A stretch of 34,652 bases of DNA from Planctomycetota bacterium (GCA_026991575.1 JALXBF010000183.1:62001-96652), one strand, 5' to 3'; positions 1-8,195 are shown, counted from the stretch's first letter. Notes: generated by a model from the letters alone, not told the origin. A program made the numbers and translations.

Positions 1-160
1 GCGTTCCTAGCCGTCCGGGAACAGGCTCCGGTGGCGTGCTGACCCGCCGGTGCTGCTTAACGTCGTTGGCGGTTTGCCGCGCGCCATGTCTCTCAGAGCG
101 TGTGTCCACGAACCGCGCCGGGCAACCGTGCCTCTGCGCCGGTTCTCAGCGCTGTGCGGG

Positions 161-1186
161 TCAGGCAGCGTGCTTGCGCTGCCATTCAAGCCACTGAGCG
201 CCAGCTTTCGGGTCGCTGAGGTGGCGCGCCATGTCGAGAAAAGCGGCGAAATAGCTTGGGAACACGGGGCCGGAGGAGGGGGCATTGTTGCCAGCGGGGT
301 ACACCAACGGGTAGGCCGCCGCCGTCTTGTTTTCCGGGATCGTTGCGTACCGGTGGTGGACGCCGTGGAGCGAGATGTTAAACCAGGTAAAGTCGACGAG
401 CTTACCGAAGAGGGAGTGGTGTACCACCGTGCGGGTCGCCTCTACCGGACCGTTTGCCAGTAGGCCAAGATGCTCAACGTACTTGCGCAGGGACTGTATG
501 TTCGCTGCCAGCATCGCGGGTACGAGGTAGCAGGATGCCAAGTAGAGCCAGGCGTCTAATGCGGCAGTGACCACCAGGATGCCGGCCCATGCCAGCGCGA
601 TCAGAGCCAGTTCGACGGCGATCCGACGACGCACCTTGTGGTTACGGATCAGGCTGCCCGGACGCAGGTACGCCCGAAGGAACAGGACCGGTGTGTAGAT
701 CAGCCCGAACGTCAACTCGACGAACGCCACCAGGCGACGGAACCAGCGGGCGGTGCCTGGGATGGTGAACGGCCACATCTCCTCGTCCTTCTCCGAGTTG
801 ATGTAGGCATGGTGCAGGTGGTGCGCTGCGCGGTACAGTGAGATCGGGACGAAGGCGAACGTGCCGATGAGCTGGCCAACGACCTCGTTCAGCCAGCGCG
901 GTGGCGCAAGCGTGTAGTGCGAGCACTCGTGGAAGGCCATCAGGTGGCCGTGCATCAGATGACCAAGCACCAGCCAGAGGGGGACGACGGCCCACCAGAT
1001 GCCTTCGTAAGTGAGGTAGCCTAGCAGGGCAACTAGGCCGAGGAACAGGACGGCCATCACGAGCCACTGGTAGAACGGGGCCCAGCTCTTGCGATGCAGT
1101 TCGATCAAGTAATGGCGGCGTTCTTCGTTGGAGAGGTTCAGGGGCACGGTAGCCGGTGCACTGTGCATCGGTGTTCCTCCCATCAT
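161..1186 (-). CDS. Membrane-bound fatty acid desaturase family protein
   Basis: Three His boxes (HECSH, HHLHH, HGVHH) plus a VEH motif, separated by hydrophobic TM segments. Exact start uncertain (1186/1183 or slightly downstream). Confidence 0.9.
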   Translation of the reverse strand: MMGGTPMHSAPATVPLNLSNEERRHYLIELHRKSWAPFYQWLVMAVLFLGLVALLGYLTYEGIWWAVVPLWLVLGHLMHGHLMAFHECSHYTLAPPRWLNEVVGQLIGTFAFVPISLYRAAHHLHHAYINSEKDEEMWPFTIPGTARWFRRLVAFVELTFGLIYTPVLFLRAYLRPGSLIRNHKVRRRIAVELALIALAWAGILVVTAALDAWLYLASCYLVPAMLAANIQSLRKYVEHLGLLANGPVEATRTVVHHSLFGKLVDFTWFNISLHGVHHRYATIPENKTAAAYPLVYPAGNNAPSSGPVFPSYFAAFLDMARHLSDPKAGAQWLEWQRKHAA

Positions 1187-1715
1187 CGCGGGGTGGGCGA
1201 CGCCGGGTCACGTGCTGCTTGACCACGTACCCCTTGATCGGCGTCAGGCGGTCCAGAGCGGCAAACACTATGGCCAGGCGAGCGTCCCTGGTGAAGAGGC
1301 TAGCATTCGTGTCCCCTCCGTGCTCACTTACCAATTCTTTCGGCAGTAATCGCGGGGGGCAAGAGCTTTCTCCGGGGCTTCATCGGCCCCGCGGGTCGGT
1401 GATCCGGGCTGCGTCTGCTCGGAGCACACCGCAAGAGCGGCGCGCGCCGAGGCGCCCCCAGGTGGGCTGGGCAGGCCGCGAGTGCCGCTGTGGGGGGTTC
1501 CTCCACAACCGACAGGCAGCGCGTGTCTTGGCTTACCGGCTCGGGGGATTCGCAGACGAAGTTCGCCGTTGTTTGTGGTCCGCCTGGGCGCGCTTGTGAG
1601 AAGCTGCAGACACGATGCACCCTGCTGTATGCGAGTCCCCCTCGCCCGAACACGCCACGAGGTTGTCGAATGTCTCGCGGTCAGGAGCTGCTGTCTGCTC
1701 TTGGTTTCTCCACGG

Positions 1716-1748
1716 AAAAAACGGCGGCGGTCTCAAGAACCGCCGCCG
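1716..1748 (-). terminator. Rho-independent terminator of the 1782-3881 gene
   Basis: Minus strand reads CGGCGGCGGT-TCTTGAG-ACCGCCGCCG-TTTTTT: 10-bp GC stem followed by U6, 33 nt after the stop codon. Confidence 0.9.
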
Positions 1749-1781
1749 CGAGACGCGATGGACGTGGCGTGGGTGTGCGTG

Positions 1782-3881
1782 CTACGCGAGTCGATCGGCC
1801 AGGCGGCGCAGGAGCCTGGCCAGCGCCCTACGGAACGTCACGCTCTTGGCAGCAGTTCCCCCGAGTGTCGCCCCAGCCGAGGCCGTTACCAGCAAGGCCG
1901 TCTCTGGTCCAGCTGCATCAGACTCCTCGGCCGCGCCAGCGACGGCGGCGAGGTCCTCTGCGCTGCCACCTTCGGCTGCCAACCGCCGCTCAAGCACCTG
2001 CTCCGCAATCGCGGTCGCATCATGGAACGCGGTGTCCTGTTGTACTGCCTCCCGCACCAGCTCCGACCAGTCCACGTCGGCTTGGTGACCATCGTGTGGC
2101 GAGGTGTCCGCGTGGCGCAGCGCGTAGAGAGCCGCTGACAAGGTGCTCATTGCTGGCACCTGATCCTGTGCGCCAGCGCGGTGACTCGCCACCGCTATAG
2201 CTTCTAGACTCTGGAGAACTTGCTGGGTTGGCACGGGGGCGCTCCGGCCGGTGAACGGATCCACCACCAGAACCGGTGCGGTGTAGATCGGACTGCCCTG
2301 CATGTTAGGCAGCACCCGCGCGCCACCGCGCTCCGACAGGCTATCGCCATCGCTGTGTTCACGGCTGGCTGATTCCCCAAGAGCTTGCCAGACCAACTCC
2401 TGGGTGGGTTCGAGCGCCCGCAGCGCGCCGGCGTCGACCACTGGAGCACCTTGGCCGAAGGAAGGAACGTGGGAGATGGTCAGCGTCACCTGGGGCACTT
2501 CTGCGTCCACGTCCAGCTGGCCTCCCGACAGCCACAGAGCGCTCAGCGCAAGTTCATAGTCGCCGCTGGCCCCGGCCTCGCTTGCCACCACTCGGTACAC
2601 ACCGGGGCCTAACACCAACGTGATTGCCTCACCCGAGGCTGGGTTCCAGCTCGCGACGATCTGTCCCAGGTGGTCGGTCAACACAAGCTGTGCGCCCGCG
2701 GGACCATTCCACACCAATTGGTACAATCCGTCCGTCGGCAGCTCAAACCGATAGGCGTCTGCATCGCCCTGTCCCAGACTGCCGCCGATGGCCACACCGA
2801 GGGTTAGCTCAGCCTCGAACAGGTGTCCCAGATCCAGTTCAGCCACATCCTGTCCCGGCAGCTCCCCCCAGCTCTGCGAGGCTGCGACGGTGAATGTCAC
2901 CGTGAAGTCCGATGCGGCCACTTGCCCGGCACCGTCTACCAACGCCTCACGCGACACGACGAGCGTGTACGTACCGTTGGCGAGCCGCTCATTGAGTAGG
3001 AACCGTAACGTACCGGCCTCTGGATCGTAGTGAGCCGGCGTCAGCGTGATTCGCTCGCCATCGGGTCCAACCAGGTAGATCTCGCCGGCAAGTAGCGGCT
3101 CGACTGCCACCGGTTCGCTCAGCGTCAGCACAATCTCCGTCGGAGCCTCGTCGAGCAGGTCGCCTTCGGCCACGGACGCGGCCACGACGCTGGGCGCAGC
3201 GCCTCCGTCCTCGACGGAGACAACCAGTGCATACTCCCCTGAGGATCCGCCCGCAGTGCCACCGAGCGGGTCGGCCCAGCTAAATCCGCCGCGCTGTTCG
3301 GCCTCATTGCCCGTTGCGCTCACCGCCACGTAATAGGTTCCCGGGTTCAAAGCGAGTGTGGCGAAGACTTCGCTCGGCGAGCCTCCGTCCGGAAGATGGA
3401 GCCAACTCGTATCTCGACCGTTCCAGATCAATTCCCCCTGAGCGTCATAGATCGCAAGACTCGGATCGAGTCCGCTACCCAGCGAGGGGGCCAGGAGCTG
3501 GAAACGGACGGCCTGCGGCCCCTGACCATCGATGACCAGCGTGAAGAAATCGACGTCGTTGGCTTGCCGCGAAGGCCCCAGCAATGGGTTATCGCCGATG
3601 ACGCCCGCCAGCACGACCGTTGCGCCGGAGACCACCTGCGTCGCCGGTGTGCGTGCAGGCCCGTCTGCCGCTTCGCCGAGAATCCATGCTGGCACGGCGT
3701 TGCCGTTTACGGTCGCCTCGGTTCCGATCAGACCTGCACCGGCCAGAAAGCTCGACAGGGGTAGTCCCCCGGACAGCAGATCCAACCCGAGCAGGGACAG
3801 GACACATCGCTCTTCGAGCCGCTCAACCTTTAGCGTCGCCTGCTCCCGCCGCTGCCTGCGAATTCGTTCGATTCGGCTCAT
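1782..3881 (-). CDS. Planctomycete extracellular protein: LEPR-XLL leader, PPC-like domains, Ig-like domain, acidic linker, basic C-terminal tail
   Basis: N-terminal MSRIERIRRQRR...LKVERLEERCVLS; PPC-like segments DVDFF...LAIYDAQG...PGTYYVAVS...GEYAL and DADAYRF...PGVYRV...GDYEL; Ig-like APSVV...LSEPV...LANGTYTL...D. Start moved from 3935 to the ATG at 3881, which begins the Arg-rich leader. Confidence 0.8.
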   Translation of the reverse strand: MSRIERIRRQRREQATLKVERLEERCVLSLLGLDLLSGGLPLSSFLAGAGLIGTEATVNGNAVPAWILGEAADGPARTPATQVVSGATVVLAGVIGDNPLLGPSRQANDVDFFTLVIDGQGPQAVRFQLLAPSLGSGLDPSLAIYDAQGELIWNGRDTSWLHLPDGGSPSEVFATLALNPGTYYVAVSATGNEAEQRGGFSWADPLGGTAGGSSGEYALVVSVEDGGAAPSVVAASVAEGDLLDEAPTEIVLTLSEPVAVEPLLAGEIYLVGPDGERITLTPAHYDPEAGTLRFLLNERLANGTYTLVVSREALVDGAGQVAASDFTVTFTVAASQSWGELPGQDVAELDLGHLFEAELTLGVAIGGSLGQGDADAYRFELPTDGLYQLVWNGPAGAQLVLTDHLGQIVASWNPASGEAITLVLGPGVYRVVASEAGASGDYELALSALWLSGGQLDVDAEVPQVTLTISHVPSFGQGAPVVDAGALRALEPTQELVWQALGESASREHSDGDSLSERGGARVLPNMQGSPIYTAPVLVVDPFTGRSAPVPTQQVLQSLEAIAVASHRAGAQDQVPAMSTLSAALYALRHADTSPHDGHQADVDWSELVREAVQQDTAFHDATAIAEQVLERRLAAEGGSAEDLAAVAGAAEESDAAGPETALLVTASAGATLGGTAAKSVTFRRALARLLRRLADRLA

Positions 3882-4189
3882 CGACTCGTCCCCGGTTTGC
3901 ATGACGTGTTTCTGTCTGGGCCACAGAGAAGACATGGTCCAAACCGCTCACTCAACCCTAGGTCACCTACCCCGTCGGTCAAGTTGGTCCCGCGCCGGCA
4001 GCTTTCCCGGCGGCCTGTCGAGGCCTCCCTGAGAGGGTGCACGGTCTATTAAGTCGCGTCCATGTAATGGGTTGTGAATTTTTCGAAACCGATGTCCGGT
4101 TTCGCGGCGGAAATCCGGTTAGAAGAGTGGACGCGACAAGTGGTACTGAGGTGGACAGCGACAACGGTTTGCTGGTGGAGGAAAACGCG

Positions 4190-5581
4190 ATGCGACGCCG
4201 CGAGCAAGTCAGCCGAATTCGCCGCCGGGGCACCCAGCTTCGCGTTGAGAATCTCGAGGGACGTGTCCTGCTGTCCCATGGTGGTCCTGAATGGCCGCAT
4301 CCTGAGCGGATCACGGTGAGCTTCGTGCCCGACGGCACGGAGTGGACCATGAACGGCACCACAGAGCAGTCGGTGCTGCAGCAGGCAATCAGCTCTCAGT
4401 ATGACTGGGCCACCTGGAAGAAGGAATTCCTCCGTGGCCTGTATGCGTGGGCCCAGTACGCGAACATCAACTTCGCTCTGGTCAGCGACGATGGGTCGGC
4501 CATTGGCAGCGCCGGATCGACGTCCGACCACAACGTTCAGGGCGATGTGGACTTTGGCGACATTCGCATCGGGATGTGGACGCTTCCGTGGAGCAGTACT
4601 GTTGCCGGTGCCTACTTGCCACCGCCGAACGTGACCACGACCGAGGCTGGCGACATCACGCTGAATGAGTCGTACAAGAACTCGTCCTACTTCTACCCGA
4701 GCTTTGTGAAGACGGTTGCTGCCCACGAGGCCGGGCATGCCCTGGGCCTGGGTCACATCTCAGGCAGCGTCATCATGAACCCGACGCTGACGACGTACGA
4801 GTTCCGTCAGGTGGACATCGACGCGATCCAAGAGATTTACGGGCCGCGTCAGCATGACAGCTTCGATCAGGGTGGCCGTGGCAACTCGATGAGCACGCCG
4901 ATCAACGTGACCAACCGGCTGGACAGCCAGTATCGGTACACCTTCAACGGCGTTGACATCACCACGCCCACCGACCGCGACTGGTACAAGATCCGGATTC
5001 CGTCCGGGGCGGGCGATGAGCTGTTGGTGCGGATGCACACGCACAAGTTGAGCATGCTGGCGCCGCGCCTGGTGCTCTACGACGCCAACGGCAACCAGAT
5101 CAAGGCGGTCAATGGTGAGTATGGCAAGACAATCACCCTGCGCAAGAAAGTGAGACCGGGCCAGGTTTACTACGTGAAGGCGACCGGCAGGGGCACGGAC
5201 GAATTCTCGGTGGGTGCCTATGCTCTGATGGTTCGCATCTCGAATGCCCCGTTGCTGCCGGTCCAGGTACCCAACACCGCAACCCCCGCTGGCAACACCA
5301 GCGGCACACCGCAGAGTGCTCTGGCTGCCGAACTGTACGAGACGACGGAGGTGGCCCGGCTGGACGTTGCTGGTACCACGGGCGAGCATGAGCGGGAGCA
5401 GCAGGAGGAGGTGGTTGCCCGCGACGCGGTGCTGGCCAGTGACGATGCTGCGGCCCTGGCCTACTTGACCTCAGACATCGACTCGCTGCTGGAGGATTCC
5501 GACGCTGAGGAGAACGCGAACGCGGTCGATCCGCTGGGCGGCGATCTCCTGGCGGATGCCCTGGCCGAGCTGAGCCTGTAA
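4190..5581 (+). CDS. Matrixin (M10-like metzincin) metalloprotease with LEPR-XLL leader and PPC domain
   Basis: HEAGHALGLGH zinc motif, Met-turn VIMNP, GDIRIG; leader RRRGTQLRVENLEGRVLLS; PPC segment DRDWYKI...LYDANG...YYVK...GAYAL; GGAGG at 4177-4181 before ATG 4190. Confidence 0.9.
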   Translation: MRRREQVSRIRRRGTQLRVENLEGRVLLSHGGPEWPHPERITVSFVPDGTEWTMNGTTEQSVLQQAISSQYDWATWKKEFLRGLYAWAQYANINFALVSDDGSAIGSAGSTSDHNVQGDVDFGDIRIGMWTLPWSSTVAGAYLPPPNVTTTEAGDITLNESYKNSSYFYPSFVKTVAAHEAGHALGLGHISGSVIMNPTLTTYEFRQVDIDAIQEIYGPRQHDSFDQGGRGNSMSTPINVTNRLDSQYRYTFNGVDITTPTDRDWYKIRIPSGAGDELLVRMHTHKLSMLAPRLVLYDANGNQIKAVNGEYGKTITLRKKVRPGQVYYVKATGRGTDEFSVGAYALMVRISNAPLLPVQVPNTATPAGNTSGTPQSALAAELYETTEVARLDVAGTTGEHEREQQEEVVARDAVLASDDAAALAYLTSDIDSLLEDSDAEENANAVDPLGGDLLADALAELSL

Positions 5582-5606
5582 CAGACGACACGCACTGCTG
5601 ATTGCC

Positions 5607-5796
5607 ACGACGCGGACGCGTCTGGCTGAGCTCGCGACGGAGCCGCGAATAGCCAAAGGTGCCTCGCCACCCGTACCGATGGTGTGCCGGCCCGCTTCTC
5701 GGCTCCGTCCATGGGGACCGGCCCGCCAGCCACCCGAACTCTCCCCATGTCCGCACACCAGCCTCCGGTGAGCTCAGCCAACGCGTCCGTCGTCGT
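5607..5796. other. Self-complementary intergenic element (candidate structured RNA, 3' UTR or MITE-like element)
   Basis: 27-nt terminal inverted repeats 5607-5633/5770-5796 (26 pairs, one bulge per side); internal stems 5636-5645/5700-5709 and 5710-5717/5742-5749; crossing pair 5680-5687/5753-5760. Confidence 0.55.
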
Positions 5797-5868
5797 TTTC
5801 TTGCGCGCAGCTGGCCCGGGCGTGCCGCTACAATGGCCGCTGCACAATCGCTCAGCGGAGACGCTGCT

Positions 5869-6378
5869 ATGGGCTACCTCATCAGCATCTGGCTTGCCCT
5901 CCAGCAGGGGCTGGCCAAGGCCGAAGAGTTGGCTGAGGTGCGCCGCGCGTACGGCGTTGCGTGGTCAGGGTCGTGGGAGGAGCTCCGTCAGCTGATGCGA
6001 TCGCCGTACGCGGCAGTACGGTACTGGGCTGCCAAGGCGGTACGTTACCGTGCGAATCCCCCTACCAATCTCATCGAAGCAGTCGCACCACTGACGCGCG
6101 ATGCCGATCCGGTGGTGGCCGTCGCCGCGGCAGCGGCACTGGCCCACCACGGCAAGGGCGATCTACCGGATGTACGGCAAGCATTCCTGCGCGCGCTGCG
6201 TCACGGCCAGCCAGGTGTCCGGCTGGAAGCCCTGACGTTTCTGCGGGAGCTGCCCGCACTGGCGGCAGTGTTCCGCGACGAGTACCGCAGCACCCTGGCA
6301 CTGGGTCGGCAGATGCCCAGCGAAGTGCAGAAGCTCTGCACCGAACTGCTGGAACGTACCGCCGAGCCGGACCGGTAA
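5869..6378 (+). CDS. HEAT-repeat protein
   Basis: Repeats AVRYWAAKAV, DADPVVAVAAAAAL and PGVRLEALTFL; GGAG before ATG 5869; TACAAT at 5829-5834 is a possible -10. Confidence 0.75.
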   Translation: MGYLISIWLALQQGLAKAEELAEVRRAYGVAWSGSWEELRQLMRSPYAAVRYWAAKAVRYRANPPTNLIEAVAPLTRDADPVVAVAAAAALAHHGKGDLPDVRQAFLRALRHGQPGVRLEALTFLRELPALAAVFRDEYRSTLALGRQMPSEVQKLCTELLERTAEPDR

Positions 6379-6480
6379 GCATCCCGCGGGACGTCGCGCG
6401 GCCCCGGCTGCAGCGCATGCGGATTAGCCGAGTGCGGCGCGCGGTCCGGTTGCTGGTCAGAAGCGTCCGGAGGAGCAAAC

Positions 6481-8133
6481 GTGACGATCCGCCGCACGAT
6501 CCTACGGATGACTCCAGTGGTCGTTCTGCTTGCGGTTACGACCGCCTGGGCGCGCAGCCCGGATCCGCAGCGGAGGCCGAACATTCTGTGGATCAGCTGC
6601 GAGGACATCAGCCCTGACCTGGGATGTTACGGTAGTGACTACGCGATCACGCCAAACCTGGACCGGCTCGCCGCCGAGGGCGTCCGGTACACAAACGCGT
6701 TCACCGTGGCCGGCGTCTGTGCTCCGAGCCGTTCCGGCATCATCACCGGCATGTACCCAACTTCGATCGGCACGCACCACATGCGGTGCCGCGGTGTGCC
6801 GCCCGAGTATGTGAAGTGCTTCACAGAGTACCTGCGGGCGGCCGGCTACTACTGCGTGAACAACGTCAAGACCGACTACAACTTTCCCACCCCCAGAACC
6901 GCCTGGGATGAATCCAGCCGCCGGGCTCACTGGCGGAACTGTCCCCCCAATATGCCTTTCTTCTGCGTGATCAATTTCACGATCACGCACGAATCACAGA
7001 TCCGGCTCCCGGACCGACAATTCTGGCAGCGCACCGCTGCGCTGCAGCCGAGCGAACGGCATGATCCGTTGCGGGCCGTACTACCGCCCTACTATCCGGA
7101 CACTCCCCGGGTGCGACAGGACTGGGCCCGCTATCACGATCTGATCACGGCGCTGGACAAGGAAGTGGGCCGTGTTCTGCGGGAGCTGGAGGAGGATGGG
7201 CTGGCGGACGAGACGGTCGTCTTCTTCTGGAGCGATCACGGTCGCGGGTTGCCGCGGGCGAAGCGATGGATCTACGACTCAGGTATCCGCGTCCCGTTGA
7301 TCGTGCGTTGGCCGGGCAAGATCAAGCCCGGAACCGTGGACGACCGGCTGATCTCGCTCATCGATCTCGGTCCCACCGTCCTTTCCATCGCGGGTGTCCC
7401 GATTCCGGAGCACATGCAGGGCAAGCCGTTCCTGGGACCGGCTGCGGCTGCCCCCCGTCAATATGTCTTTGCAGCCCGCGACCGGATGGACGAGTCATAC
7501 GACATCATCCGGGCGGTGCGCGATCGGCGGTTCAAGTACATCCGCAACTACGAGCCGTATCGCCCCTACGCTCAGCGCATCGCCTACATGGAACTGATGC
7601 CGACCATGCAGGAGATGCGCCGCCTCTGGGCCGCCGGTAAGCTCAGCGGGGCCCGCGCCCTGTACTTCCGCCCGACCAAGCCGCTCGAAGAGCTCTACGA
7701 CACCTGGACCGACCCGCACGAAGTGCACAACCTAGCCGACGATCCCGCCTACCGCGATGTCCTCCAACGTCTTCGCCGCGTGCACGAGAACTGGGTGAGA
7801 GAAACCGGCGACCTGGGACTAATTCCCGAGGGCCAACTCTGGGAACGGCTCAAGCCGCGCGGTCAGGCGCCGAGAACCGCAACGCCAACCGCGGACCCCC
7901 CTGGTGGCAACTTCGAAGGACGCGTGCACGTGCGACTCGCATGCCCGACGCCGGGCGCTTCGATTGCCTATACCACCGAGCGCGGACCGGCGCACCGGGT
8001 GCACTGGAAACTGTACACCGGTCCGATCGTGCTGACAGATGACGCCGTATTGCGCGTGCGGGCAATCCGCTACGGCTACGATGAGAGCGAAGAGGCACGA
8101 TTCGACTTCCGTGTTCGCGCCCCCGGCCGGTGA
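6481..8133 (+). CDS. Exported Cys-type (formylglycine) sulfatase, sulfamidase-like, with C-terminal FN3-associated/chitobiase-C-like domain
   Basis: Signal peptide ending AWA; RPNILWISCED, CAPSRSGIITG (CxPxR), WSDHG, EELYD..DPHE..NLA; C-terminal TPT..PPGG...TPGASIAYTT...YTGPI...AIRYG; GGAGGAG RBS. Confidence 0.93.
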   Translation: MTIRRTILRMTPVVVLLAVTTAWARSPDPQRRPNILWISCEDISPDLGCYGSDYAITPNLDRLAAEGVRYTNAFTVAGVCAPSRSGIITGMYPTSIGTHHMRCRGVPPEYVKCFTEYLRAAGYYCVNNVKTDYNFPTPRTAWDESSRRAHWRNCPPNMPFFCVINFTITHESQIRLPDRQFWQRTAALQPSERHDPLRAVLPPYYPDTPRVRQDWARYHDLITALDKEVGRVLRELEEDGLADETVVFFWSDHGRGLPRAKRWIYDSGIRVPLIVRWPGKIKPGTVDDRLISLIDLGPTVLSIAGVPIPEHMQGKPFLGPAAAAPRQYVFAARDRMDESYDIIRAVRDRRFKYIRNYEPYRPYAQRIAYMELMPTMQEMRRLWAAGKLSGARALYFRPTKPLEELYDTWTDPHEVHNLADDPAYRDVLQRLRRVHENWVRETGDLGLIPEGQLWERLKPRGQAPRTATPTADPPGGNFEGRVHVRLACPTPGASIAYTTERGPAHRVHWKLYTGPIVLTDDAVLRVRAIRYGYDESEEARFDFRVRAPGR

Positions 8134-8195
8134 CCGCCGGCCCCCCCGCGAACGCGGCTACACGCAAGCGGGCGGCAGAGCCGAGGCTGCAGAGA

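Noticed and set aside
3882..3935. ORF-track N-terminal extensions (3935, also 4037, 5659, 24361, 25066, 30004)
   Set aside because: Downstream starts have better RBS support or match family N-termini; several extensions run through promoters or terminators.
4108..4172. Resemblance to a c-di-GMP-I riboswitch (GGAAA...GAAGAGTGGACGC...GACAGCG)
   Set aside because: The GCAAA after GAC is missing, the P2 stem is weak without a clear GNRA loop, and the same bases fit better in the 4053-4137 hairpin. It would need cmscan to revive.
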